DNA of 64,000 bases from Alphaproteobacteria bacterium (GCA_038117045.1 JAYOFE010000005.1:53078-117077); one strand, 5' to 3'; shown: positions 28,878-38,537, numbered from the stretch's first letter. Program-made: numbers and translations. The notes: generated from the sequence alone by a model not told the origin.

Positions 28878-29909
28878 ATGCGGCAGATTGGAATCGGCGT
28901 AATAGGCGCCGGCTGGGTCGGCGGCATTCGCGCGAATGCTTGTGCCCGCCACGCGCTGGTGGGTGAGTTGCAGATCGCCGAGATCAATCCCGACCGTGCC
29001 GCCGAGATCGCCAGCGAGACCGGCGCCCAGCATGTCACTCCCGACTGGCGCGAGATCGTTGCGAGCCCGGGCGTGGATGCCGTCATCATCGCATCGACGC
29101 CTGAATCCGAGCGCTACCCGATTGTCCGCGCGGCGCTGGAGGGGGGCAAGCACGTGCTGGTCGAGAAGCCCATCGCGCCTGGCCCGGAGGAAACCGACGA
29201 GGCTATTGCGCTGTCTGAGGAGAGGGGATTGCAGATCGCGGTCGGCTATACCCGCCGGTTCGACCCCAAATATGCCTACGTCAACGAGGCCATCAAGACG
29301 GGCCGCATCGGCGAGCCTGTCACCTGTCTTGTCAGCCGCAACATCACCCGCGAGATCGGCGCGAAGATCCGCGGCCGCTCGAAGCTGTCGCCCGCGGCGA
29401 TGGGCGGGACCCATTCCATCGACTTCCTGCTGTGGTGCCTGCAGCCGCGACTGCCGGTAATGGTCTACTCGCAACAGGCCGGCAAGCTGTTCACGCAGGT
29501 CAGCGAGACGCCGGACCACCAGTGGATCATGGTCACCATGGATGACGGTACGACCATCGCCGCCGGATCGGGCTGGCTGCTGCCGCTGGGTTATCCGCAA
29601 TACGCCCAGAGCTGGATCGAGGTTATCGGGACTGAAGGTGTCTTGACCGTGGACGACACCCACCGCGATATTTCCACGAACACGTCCGAGCACGGCGTCC
29701 GCTATCCGCTGTCTTCCATGCCGGGTGAGCAGGTGGATCACGTCTTCGCCGGAGCGATGGTCGATGAGACCATTCACTTCATCGAGGCGATTGCGTTCGA
29801 CCGGCCGGTGCTGGCCAATGCGCGCGAAGCGAGGCTGGTGATGGATGTGACCATGGCTGCCGATCTGTCCGCGGAAACGGGCGAAGCGGTGGTGTTGCCT
29901 TCACGCTGA
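28878..29909 (+). CDS. Gfo/Idh/MocA family NAD(P)-dependent oxidoreductase
   Basis: MRQIGIGVIGAGWVGG Rossmann N-terminus, EKP motif. 343 aa. Confidence 0.85.
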   Translation: MRQIGIGVIGAGWVGGIRANACARHALVGELQIAEINPDRAAEIASETGAQHVTPDWREIVASPGVDAVIIASTPESERYPIVRAALEGGKHVLVEKPIAPGPEETDEAIALSEERGLQIAVGYTRRFDPKYAYVNEAIKTGRIGEPVTCLVSRNITREIGAKIRGRSKLSPAAMGGTHSIDFLLWCLQPRLPVMVYSQQAGKLFTQVSETPDHQWIMVTMDDGTTIAAGSGWLLPLGYPQYAQSWIEVIGTEGVLTVDDTHRDISTNTSEHGVRYPLSSMPGEQVDHVFAGAMVDETIHFIEAIAFDRPVLANAREARLVMDVTMAADLSAETGEAVVLPSR

Positions 29910-29963
29910 ATTTCCCCTTACGCTGCAGCGTCTCATCTAGAGAGACCAACAGGCTGCCCCGGA

Positions 29964-30761
29964 ATGACCGCATACAAGAACCAGTCCCTCGAGCGCGGTT
30001 TCGCGATTCTCGAGTATCTCGGCAAAAGCACCACGGGACGTTCCGTGTCCGATGTGGCGCGCGCGACCAGGCTGCACCGTGCGACTGCGCACCGTCTGCT
30101 GGAGGTGCTGTGCCAGCTCGGCTACGCCTACAAGGCCTCCGACCGGCGGTACTGGATCGGCTATTCGATGCATGTCTTCGGGCACCGGACGAGCATGGTC
30201 GCGCGGATCACCCATCACGCCCATCCGTTCCTGGTGAAGCTGGCCCATGAGGTGGATGAGACGGTCAATCTGGGATTCCTCGAAGGCATCCAGGCCTTCG
30301 TGGCGGATCGCGTGGTGACCGCTCAGGCACATCGTTCCGATGTGCAGATCGGCGGCTATTTCGATGCCCACGCGACCAGCCTGGGCAAGGCGCTCCTGTC
30401 GTCACGCACGCCCGAAGAGGTCAATGCCAGCTACAAGGCTACGCGTCTTGCGTCCTATACGGGATCGACGATCACGGACCAGAAAACGCTGATGCGCGAA
30501 CTGGCGGAGGTCCGCAAGCGGGGCTATGCGGTCAACTACGAGGAACGTTCACCCGGCATTCGCTCGGTGGCGGCGCCGCTGATCAACCCGCATGGCCGGG
30601 CGGCCTGTGCGATCTCGATCACCGGCCCGCGCGCGCGCCTCGACGATGCGCGGATCCCGCGGCTTGGTGCCCGGCTGCAGGAGATTGCGAGCGAACTCGT
30701 CGAGCACCTGACCGCGCAGGGCGGTGTCGTCGCATCAGCCGATCGCGCCGGCGCTGCGTAG
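29964..30761 (+). CDS. IclR family transcriptional regulator
   Basis: N-terminal HTH LERGFAILEYLGKSTTGRSVSDVARATRLHRATAHRLL, and a C-terminal IclR effector domain. Confidence 0.85.
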   Translation: MTAYKNQSLERGFAILEYLGKSTTGRSVSDVARATRLHRATAHRLLEVLCQLGYAYKASDRRYWIGYSMHVFGHRTSMVARITHHAHPFLVKLAHEVDETVNLGFLEGIQAFVADRVVTAQAHRSDVQIGGYFDAHATSLGKALLSSRTPEEVNASYKATRLASYTGSTITDQKTLMRELAEVRKRGYAVNYEERSPGIRSVAAPLINPHGRAACAISITGPRARLDDARIPRLGARLQEIASELVEHLTAQGGVVASADRAGAA

Positions 30762-31961
30762 CTCCGCGATCTTCGCGTCGTCGTAGCCAAGCACCTCTTT
30801 CAGCACTTCGTCCGTGTGCTGGCCCAGCAGTGGCGGGTGATAGCGATACTCGACCGGCGTTCCCGACAGTTTCAGCGGGCTCGCGATCAGTGCCGCGCCG
30901 TCCGGGCCGGCCAGCGGGTGGGGGACGTTGACGACCATCTCGCGCGCCTTGACGTGCGGGTCCTCGAAGACCTGGTCGAGGGTGTTGATCGGCCCGCAGC
31001 CGATCTTGTTGGCTTCCAGCTCGGCCAGCCATTCGGCGGAGGGCTTTGTCTTCATGATGGCCTGGATGTGCGCGACCACCTCGGCACGGTTACCGACGCG
31101 CGCGGCGTTGGTGGCAAAGGTCGGGTTCTCGGGGAGGTCGGGCTCGCCGAGGATCTTCGCGAAGACCTTGAACTGGTTGTCGTTGCCGACCGCGACGACG
31201 ATGTGGCCGTCGGCGGTCTCGAACACCTGATAGGGGACGATGTTGGGATGGGCGTTGCCCAGCCGTTCAGCCTGGCCGGAATGCAGGTAGTTCATGCCCT
31301 GATTCACCAGCCATGCGACCTGGGTGTCCAGCATGCCAATGTCGATGTACTGGCCCTGGCCGGTGACCGTCGCGTAACGAAGCGCGCCGTTGACGGCGAC
31401 AGCGGCGAACATGCCCGACATGATGTCCGCGATCGGTACGCCAACCTTCTGCGGCTCGCCGTCGGGCTCACCGGTCAGCGACATGATCCCGCCCATGCCC
31501 TGGATAAGGAAGTCGTAGCCGGGACGTGAGGCGTATGGGCCTGTCTGGCCGAAACCGGTGACCGAGCAATAGACCAGCTTCGGGTTGATGTCCTTCAGGT
31601 CGTCGTAGCCCAAGCCGTATTTGGCGAGGTTACCGGTCTTGAAGTTTTCAACCAGCACGTCGGCCTTCTTCGCGATCTCGCGCACGATGCCCTGACCAAT
31701 CTCGCTGCTCAGATCCACCTCGACCGAGCGCTTGTTGCGGTTGGCGCTCATGAAGTAGGCGCTCTCACTCGTATCCTCGCCGTCGGGACCGGACATGAAC
31801 GGCGGCGCGAACCGGCGGGTGTCGTCACCCGCGCCCGGACGCTCGATCTTTATGACGTCGGCACCCAGGTCGCCGAGCATCTGTGTGCAATAGGGGCCGG
31901 CAAGGACCCGCGTCAGATCAAGGACGGTAACTCCGGATAGTGCGCCTTTGGATTCGGCCAT
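30735..31961 (-). CDS. CoA-transferase family III (CaiB/BaiF / formyl-CoA transferase family)
   Basis: MAESKGALSGVTVLDLTRVLAGPYCTQMLGDLGADVIKIE. GGAGA RBS precedes the ATG at 31961. Confidence 0.85.
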   Translation of the reverse strand: MAESKGALSGVTVLDLTRVLAGPYCTQMLGDLGADVIKIERPGAGDDTRRFAPPFMSGPDGEDTSESAYFMSANRNKRSVEVDLSSEIGQGIVREIAKKADVLVENFKTGNLAKYGLGYDDLKDINPKLVYCSVTGFGQTGPYASRPGYDFLIQGMGGIMSLTGEPDGEPQKVGVPIADIMSGMFAAVAVNGALRYATVTGQGQYIDIGMLDTQVAWLVNQGMNYLHSGQAERLGNAHPNIVPYQVFETADGHIVVAVGNDNQFKVFAKILGEPDLPENPTFATNAARVGNRAEVVAHIQAIMKTKPSAEWLAELEANKIGCGPINTLDQVFEDPHVKAREMVVNVPHPLAGPDGAALIASPLKLSGTPVEYRYHPPLLGQHTDEVLKEVLGYDDAKIAELRSAGAIG

Positions 31962-32187
31962 GACGTTTCTCCATGGGCCGGCATTGAACAGCCGGCGGGA
32001 CGTGTTGTGAACGGCCTGAATAGTGCATTCGTCGCGCCTGCTCAATGTCGCGTATGGGGGTTCGGCGTGCGAACGTCTACGCGAGCGTCAATTGACTTTT
32101 TCCCGACAGGTGCACATTTAGGGCGCATTCGAAATTCAACGTCCGCGCCCCGATCCGGGACGCTGGGCCGGAACACCCGGAGGTAAC

Positions 32188-32841
32188 ATGTCAGAAGAAG
32201 CAGCACTCGCCGCGGCACGTCAGCGGATCGAGGATTATCGCAAGCGGATTTCCAGTCTCGACGATGATTCTCGGGACCTTTTGTTCCGCGAAGCACGCAA
32301 TCACAACTGGTGGCAGGACAAGGACGTCTCGGACGACCAGCTTCGTGAGATCTATGAACTGGTGAAATTCGGGCCAACGAGTGCGAACACACAGCCGCAG
32401 CGTATCGTCTTCCTGCGTTCGACCGAGGCCAAGGAGCGGTTGATGCCGTCCCTGAACGAGCCGAACAGGGAGAAGACGATGAAGGCGCCGGTGGTGGCGG
32501 TCCTCGGTTACGACAATACGTTCTGGAAGGATTTCCCGGTCAACTATCCGATCCGGCCGGAGATGGCGGACCGCTTCAAGGACAACGAGGCCCTCTCGGA
32601 GCGTTTCAGTTTCCAGCAGGCGACGCTGCAGGGCGCGTATTTCATCCTCGCTGTACGCGCGGTCGGCCTCGATGCGGGTGCGATGGGCGGTTTCGACGCG
32701 GCCATGGCGACCGAAGAGTTCTTCAAGGGGACGCCCGTGAAGGCGAACTTCGTCTGCAACATCGGCTACGGCCACATGGACGGCATCAAGGGGCCGCGCC
32801 TGCACCGATACGATTTCGACGAAGTCTGCTCGATCCTCTAG
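32188..32841 (+). CDS. Nitroreductase family protein (RutE / malonic semialdehyde reductase-like)
   Basis: 217 aa; FREARNHNWWQDKDVSDDQLREIYELVKFGPTSANTQPQRIVFL matches the RutE-like nitroreductase pattern. Confidence 0.7.
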   Translation: MSEEAALAAARQRIEDYRKRISSLDDDSRDLLFREARNHNWWQDKDVSDDQLREIYELVKFGPTSANTQPQRIVFLRSTEAKERLMPSLNEPNREKTMKAPVVAVLGYDNTFWKDFPVNYPIRPEMADRFKDNEALSERFSFQQATLQGAYFILAVRAVGLDAGAMGGFDAAMATEEFFKGTPVKANFVCNIGYGHMDGIKGPRLHRYDFDEVCSIL

Positions 32842-32894
32842 TTCCCGCTCAAGCGGAACGTGAAGGCGGCGGTGCCCAGGGTGCCGCCGCTTTT

Positions 32895-33671
32895 TTATTG
32901 GCGAGGCAACTGTGCCGTGATCTTTCGGGACGCATCCAGCAGCACAGGCAGGAATCGTGAAGTCATCTCGTCGAGGCGCGTACGCGCGGCGTGGGTGCCG
33001 ACATTCAGCGCGGCGAGAATGCGTCCGCTCCGGTCATAGATCGGGACGGCCAGTGAGCGCAGCCCGGTCTCCAGTTCCTGGTCCACCAGCGCGTATCCCT
33101 TGAGCCGCGCTGTCTCGATGGCCTCGCGGACTTCTTTCGGATCCAGCTTGGTCCGCTCCGTGTAGGCCTTCGGTGTGATTTCGGCGAGGAATCGGTCGAG
33201 AATTTCCGGTGATTTGTGGGAGAGCAGGACCCTGCCGAGCGAGGTTGCTTCTGCCGGCAGGCGGGTGCCGATGCCGAGGTTGATGGACATGATCCGTGTC
33301 GCGGCTGTCACGCGCTGGACGTAGATAACTTCCTGGCCGCTAAGCACTGCAGCGGAGCATGATTCCTGCAGTTCCCGCACCACGTCTTCCATGGGTGGCT
33401 GGGCGATCTGCCACCATTCGAGCGACGACAGGTAGGCATAGCCCAGACCCAGGACATCGGGCGTAAGAGAGAACTTCCGCCCGTTGCTGCGCACATGACC
33501 CAGTTGTTCGAGAGTGAGCAGGAACCTGCGCGCGGTCGCTCGCGTGGTACCGGTTGCTTCCGCGACCTCGCTGATGGTCATCTCCGGTGCATCAGGTCCG
33601 AAGGCGCCGATAACAGCCAGTCCGCGTTCCAGCGATTGGACAAACTCGGGGTTCCCGTCGCGCTTGGCCAT
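32895..33671 (-). CDS. IclR family transcriptional regulator (PcaR/PcaU-like)
   Basis: HTH ISEVAEATGTTRATARRFLLTLEQLGHV. Divergent from a ring-cleavage dioxygenase gene. Confidence 0.8.
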   Translation of the reverse strand: MAKRDGNPEFVQSLERGLAVIGAFGPDAPEMTISEVAEATGTTRATARRFLLTLEQLGHVRSNGRKFSLTPDVLGLGYAYLSSLEWWQIAQPPMEDVVRELQESCSAAVLSGQEVIYVQRVTAATRIMSINLGIGTRLPAEATSLGRVLLSHKSPEILDRFLAEITPKAYTERTKLDPKEVREAIETARLKGYALVDQELETGLRSLAVPIYDRSGRILAALNVGTHAARTRLDEMTSRFLPVLLDASRKITAQLPRQ

Positions 33672-33869
33672 TGGCCGCATTCCTTGACTTTAAGTGGGCG
33701 TGATACGAACTGATGTTCGTAGTTCGGACTTAATCATTTTCGAGTGTTCTGTCGATACGGAACTTTGTGTGCGCAAAGCGATCGGGGTGCGGTTGCGAAA
33801 GGCGCGTTTTCCGGCGCATTCTGGCACCAACGAATACGGTCGCGCGGCGGCCCTGAGGAGAGAGACCCG

Positions 33870-34802
33870 ATGAGAGATTTGACCGAAGCCAACGTCACCG
33901 ATGCGGTGCTGGAGAAGATCGCGGACGACACGGATCCGCGTCTACGTGTGATCATGGAAGCGTTGATCCGTCATGCGCATGATTTCATTAGGGAAGTGAA
34001 CCTCACGCCCGATGAACTGCTCTACGGCGCACGCTTTATCCAGAAGGTCGGCCAGATTTCCGACGACAAGCGCGAAGAGGGCGTGCTGCTCGGGGACGTG
34101 CTGGGCATGACGGCCCTGGTCGAGATTCTTGGCGACCGGGTGCGTGTCGGTGCGACGGAATCGAGCCTGCTCGGCCCGTTCTATCGTGAAGGTGCACCGG
34201 CTCGCGAAATGGGTTTCGACATTTCCCTGAACGATGATGAGGGCGAGCCGGCTTTCGTCCACGGCACTGTCGTGGATGCGTCGGGCAACCCGATCGAGGG
34301 TGTGGTGTTGGACCTGTGGCAGACGGCGCCGAACATGTTCTACGAGGCGCAGGTCGGCCAGCCGAAGGAATACGATGACTATGCCTATCGCGGGAAGTTC
34401 CGCACCGGCGCCGACGGCAAGTACTGGTTCCGTTCTCGCAAGCCGGTCGACTACCCCGTTCCGACGGACGGCCCGGTGGGGCTGATCCTCAACGGCACCG
34501 GACGCCACTCCTGGCGGCCCGCGCACCTGCACTACCTCGTCTACAAGGACGGCTACCAGACGATCCAGACCGAGCTGTTCAACAACGACAGCAAGTACTT
34601 GGATTCTGACGCCGTCTTCGGCGTGAAGGAAACGCTGGTGATCCCGTACAACAAGGTTGATGACGCCGCCCGGGCCAAGGAATACGGCTTCGAGGGTTCG
34701 ACCTTCTATGAAGGCGCGTATGATTTCGTCATGAAGGACGACGCGAGCGTGAAAGACGCAGAAGCGGCCTACAGCCAGCGCGCGAGCATGAGCGCGGACT
34801 GA
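33870..34802 (+). CDS. Intradiol ring-cleavage dioxygenase (catechol/hydroxyquinol 1,2-dioxygenase family)
   Basis: GRHSWRPAHLHYLV matches the intradiol dioxygenase Fe-ligand motif. ATG at 33870 after a GAGGAG RBS. Confidence 0.8.
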   Translation: MRDLTEANVTDAVLEKIADDTDPRLRVIMEALIRHAHDFIREVNLTPDELLYGARFIQKVGQISDDKREEGVLLGDVLGMTALVEILGDRVRVGATESSLLGPFYREGAPAREMGFDISLNDDEGEPAFVHGTVVDASGNPIEGVVLDLWQTAPNMFYEAQVGQPKEYDDYAYRGKFRTGADGKYWFRSRKPVDYPVPTDGPVGLILNGTGRHSWRPAHLHYLVYKDGYQTIQTELFNNDSKYLDSDAVFGVKETLVIPYNKVDDAARAKEYGFEGSTFYEGAYDFVMKDDASVKDAEAAYSQRASMSAD

Positions 34803-34878
34803 CGTTCGCCAACACGTGTGAATTCTCCGGCGTCACCCTCGGGTGGCGCCGGAATGCTTTCAAGGGGAAGAAAACGGA

Positions 34879-35775
34879 ATGAGTCTCGAGAACATGAAGG
34901 TCGGATGGATCGGCGCGGGCAAGATGGGCGCTCCGATGAGCCGAAACGTGCTGGCGACGGGCGTCAGCCTGTCTGTCTTTGACCCGGTGGCGGTGAACAT
35001 GGAGTCCGTCGTGGATGCGGGTGCGCGCGCAGCAAGTTCGAATGCCGAACTGGTGTCCGGGGCCGATATCGTGTTCTCGATGATCCCCAATGATGCCGTC
35101 CTGCGGGCGATCACTATCGGCGATGACGGTGTGATCCCGGTGATGAAGCCGGGAAGCATTTTCGTGGATATGAGCACGGTGTCTCCCGAGACCTCGATCG
35201 AGGTGGCTGAGGCGGCGGCGACGGCGGGCATCGCCTATCTGCGTGCGCCCGTCTCGGGAAGCACGGCGCTTGCCGAGGCCGGGACGCTCACGGTGATGGT
35301 GTCCGGCCCGCGGCAGGCCGCCGACACATGTGCCCTCCTGTTCGATGCCATGGGCGCGACGACGTTCTATCTGGGAGAGGACGAACAGGCGCGCTACCTG
35401 AAGCTGGTCGTGAACCTGCTGGTTGGCACGACCGGCGCCGTTCTTGCCGAGGCGCTGACGCTGGGCCGCAAAGGCGGCCTCGACTGGCAGCAGATGCTGG
35501 ACGTGATCGGCTCCAGCGCCGCCGCGTCACCCTATATCAAGTACAACCTGGAGCCGTTGAAGGCGCGCGATTTCACGCCGCTGTTCACGACCGAGCAGAT
35601 GGTCAAGGATTCGCGGCTGATCTGCGGAGCCGGGGCGGGGGTGGACGTGCCGATGCCCATCGGCAACGCGATGCTCCAGACCTTCGAGGATACGGTCGCA
35701 GCCGGCTACGGGCAGGAGAACCTGACTGCCGCGATCAAGCTGATCGAGGGCAAGGCCGGCCTCGACGACCTTTAG
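34879..35775 (+). CDS. NAD(P)-dependent oxidoreductase, 3-hydroxyisobutyrate dehydrogenase / 6-PGDH NAD-binding family
   Basis: MKVGWIGAGKMGAPM N-terminus. 298 aa. Confidence 0.8.
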   Translation: MSLENMKVGWIGAGKMGAPMSRNVLATGVSLSVFDPVAVNMESVVDAGARAASSNAELVSGADIVFSMIPNDAVLRAITIGDDGVIPVMKPGSIFVDMSTVSPETSIEVAEAAATAGIAYLRAPVSGSTALAEAGTLTVMVSGPRQAADTCALLFDAMGATTFYLGEDEQARYLKLVVNLLVGTTGAVLAEALTLGRKGGLDWQQMLDVIGSSAAASPYIKYNLEPLKARDFTPLFTTEQMVKDSRLICGAGAGVDVPMPIGNAMLQTFEDTVAAGYGQENLTAAIKLIEGKAGLDDL

Positions 35776-35783
35776 TCCGCTGC

Positions 35784-36791
35784 CTAGCTGGTACCGGCGT
35801 AGCCGTAGGACAGCCGGAACATCTCGTTCATGTGCTCCGCGGTCGTGCACGGTTCGAACTTCGCGGGCTGGTCGTCGCCCACACAGGTCGGGACGGGTTC
35901 GATCAGCGCGTCGAAGCGCGGTGCGTAGAAATAGGGGATCGAGTAGCGCTCCGCATTGTCGGTACCATTCAGCACCCGGTGCATGGTCGAGCGGTAGACG
36001 CCGTTGGTCCACCGGGTCATCAGGTCGCCCAGGTTGACCACGAATGTGTCCGGGATGGGCGTGGCCGCAACCCATTCGTCGGCCGCGTTACGGACTTCCA
36101 GTCCACCGATGTCGTCCTGTGCGAGTAGCGTGATGCCGCCCCAGTCTGTGTGCGCGCCCGCGCCAAGCTAGTTGAATTCGGACGTCTCCGGTTGTGGCGG
36201 ATAGCGCAGGATGCGCAGCACGGCGCCCGGCCAGTCATGGTATCCGGCGAACCAGTTGCTCTCGAGATCGAGGGACAGCGCGATCAGCGTCAGCAAATGG
36301 TCGCTCAGCTTCCGCATCTCAGTCTGGTAGGCGATCATCTGGTCCCGGAAGCCGGGGATCGACGCTGGCCACTGGTTATGGCCGATGCCCCTGACATGCC
36401 GCTTCGCGAAAGCGTGGTCGTCGGGGACTTCCAGCCCGCAGTAATAGCTTTCCTTCAGGTCCGGCGGGGACTTCTCTGCATCGAGATCCTGGCTGTCGAG
36501 CTGCTGCTCGGCGATGGGCTCGTAACCCGCTGTTGTGGGCGACTTGCGCATGTGGATCGCCATCTTCTCGTCCATGGGCAAGGCGAAGAAGCGCCTGGCC
36601 CACTCGAACTGGTTCGAGACCAGGTCGTGGGACACGCCATGGTTGGAGACGTAGAAGAAACCGATGTTCCGGCAGGCTTCGCGAATCTGTCCGGCGATGT
36701 TCGGATATGCCGCCGGATCGGAACCGGGGCCGCCCTTCAGGTCGATGACCGGAACGGAATCCAGCGTAACGGGTGGCGAATATATAAGCAT
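35784..36791 (-). pseudogene. 2OG-Fe(II) oxygenase (isopenicillin-N-synthase-like) interrupted by a single in-frame amber codon
   Basis: One minus-strand frame reads ...RILRYPPQPETSEFN then TAG (36168-36170), then LGAGAHTDWGGITLLAQDDIGGLEV ... NLGDLMTRWTNGVYRSTMHRV. The HxD ... H facial triad and RxS motif are intact on both sides of the stop. The ORF track splits it into 36168..36872 and 35784..36041. Confidence 0.7.
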
Positions 36792-36908
36792 CGCGGCGCT
36801 CCTTTGGGCTGCCTGGCCGGAACAGGCCCGCCGAAACCCGCGGAAACGCGGGTCCGGCGTCCTGGCTTGCACCTGACCCTGCAGCTAGCGTGCCACGATG
36901 GCGCGCAA

Positions 36909-37247
36909 CTAGAGCGCGGCGGATCCGGTCTCGCCGGTGCGCACGCGCACCGCGGATTCAAGGTTGAGCACGAAGATCTTGCCGTCACCGATCTTCTCGG
37001 TGTTGGCCGACGTGCGGATCGCTTCGACGGCGGCGTCGACGGCAGAATCGTCGACGGCAATCTCGACCTTCACCTTGGGGATGAAGCTCACCTGGTACTC
37101 CGCGCCGCGGTAGATCTCGGTCTGGCCCTTCTGGCGGCCATATCCCTTGACCTCGCTGGCCGTCATGCCCTCGATGCCGACACCGGCAAGGGCTTCGCGC
37201 ACGTCGTCCAGCTTGTGCGGCTTGATGATGGCGATAATAAATTTCAT
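36909..37247 (-). CDS. glnK: P-II nitrogen regulatory protein (GlnK/GlnB family)
   Basis: MKFIIAIIKPHKLDDVREAL... with T-loop GYGRQKGQTEIYRGAEY. 112 aa. Confidence 0.85.
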   Translation of the reverse strand: MKFIIAIIKPHKLDDVREALAGVGIEGMTASEVKGYGRQKGQTEIYRGAEYQVSFIPKVKVEIAVDDSAVDAAVEAIRTSANTEKIGDGKIFVLNLESAVRVRTGETGSAAL

Positions 37248-37325
37248 GTCTCTGTCCAATCGGGTTGGGGGTGACCCCGGGTCATCCGGCGTCACCCCGC
37301 ACATGTCCGGAAGCGTATTCCAGAT

Positions 37326-38537
37326 TTACATATTGTGGTAGCCGCGTTCGCCATGCATGGCGAGATCGAGACCCTGGGCTTCCGTGTCTTCGTCGACCCG
37401 GAACTTGAAGAACATCTTCAGGACCGTTGCGATGACGAAGGTCAGGACCGCCGACCACACCGCGACAATCGCAATGCCCGTCAACTGGACACCGAGCTGG
37501 CTTCCCGTATCCATGCCGTCCGCGAAACCGTTGCCGCCTAGCGAGGTCGCCACGAAGAACGAGACCAGGATGGTGCCCAGCGCGCCGCCGATACCATGGA
37601 CCGCGAACACGTCGAGGGAGTCGTCGATCTTCAGGCGCTGCTTCACGAACTGCGTGACCGTGTAGCAGACGACGCCGCCGGCAAGACCCAGAACCAGACC
37701 GCCGATGGGGCCGACCGAACCCGATGCAGGCGTGATCGTTGCGAGGCCCGCGACCATGCCGGTCACCGCACCGACAAGGCTGGCCTTGCGGTAGCGGATA
37801 AGCTCCATCACCGACCACGCCACTGTGCCCGCGGCTGCGGAGATGTGGGTGACGGTCATGGCCATACCGGCCGCACCGTCGGCAGCCAGTGCCGAGCCGG
37901 CGTTGAAGCCGAACCAGCCGACCCATAGCATCGATGCGCCGATCATGGTCAGTCCGGGCGCATGCGGCGGCTGTATGTCGTGCGGGAAGCCGCGACGGCG
38001 GCCGAGCATGATGGCCAGCACCAGCGCGGACACACCTGCCGTCACATGGACGACGACACCGCCCGCGAAGTCCAGCAGGCCCATCTCAGCGAGGAAGCCT
38101 CCACCCCAGACCCAGTGCACGACGGGGGAATAGACGATGAGCACCCAGATGAGCGAGAACGCGACGACGAACCCGAAATGGATGCGCTCCACGAACGCGC
38201 CCACGATCAGTGCGGGCGTGATGATCGCGAAGGTCATCTGGAACATGAAAAACAGGCTCTCGGGGATGGTGCCGGCTTCAGAATCAAAGCCTACGCCCGA
38301 CAGGAACAGTTTTCCAAATCCGCCCCACCATGCGTTGCCGTCGCCGAAGGCGATGGAATAGGCGGCGAAAAACCAGATAAGTGAGACTGTCGCGGCGATC
38401 GCGAAGCAGTTCATAAGGACCGACAGCACATTCTGTGCCCGCACCAGGCCCGCATAAAACAATGCGAGGCCGGGCAGGGTCATGAAGAGAACTAGCGCCG
38501 TCGAGGTTAGAATCCAGGCCGTATCGGCTCCGTTCAT
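37326..38537 (-). CDS. amtB: Ammonium transporter (Amt family)
   Basis: MNGADTAWILTSTALVLFMTLPGLALFYAGLVRAQN, 11 TM-like segments. GGAGG RBS 7 nt upstream of the ATG at 38537. Confidence 0.85.
   Translation of the reverse strand: MNGADTAWILTSTALVLFMTLPGLALFYAGLVRAQNVLSVLMNCFAIAATVSLIWFFAAYSIAFGDGNAWWGGFGKLFLSGVGFDSEAGTIPESLFFMFQMTFAIITPALIVGAFVERIHFGFVVAFSLIWVLIVYSPVVHWVWGGGFLAEMGLLDFAGGVVVHVTAGVSALVLAIMLGRRRGFPHDIQPPHAPGLTMIGASMLWVGWFGFNAGSALAADGAAGMAMTVTHISAAAGTVAWSVMELIRYRKASLVGAVTGMVAGLATITPASGSVGPIGGLVLGLAGGVVCYTVTQFVKQRLKIDDSLDVFAVHGIGGALGTILVSFFVATSLGGNGFADGMDTGSQLGVQLTGIAIVAVWSAVLTFVIATVLKMFFKFRVDEDTEAQGLDLAMHGERGYHNM

Noticed and set aside
28080-29777. 565-aa minus-strand ORF antisense to ParA and the Gfo/Idh/MocA gene
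   Set aside because: Shadow ORF with an R/G/A-rich translation. The sense-strand genes have clear family signatures.
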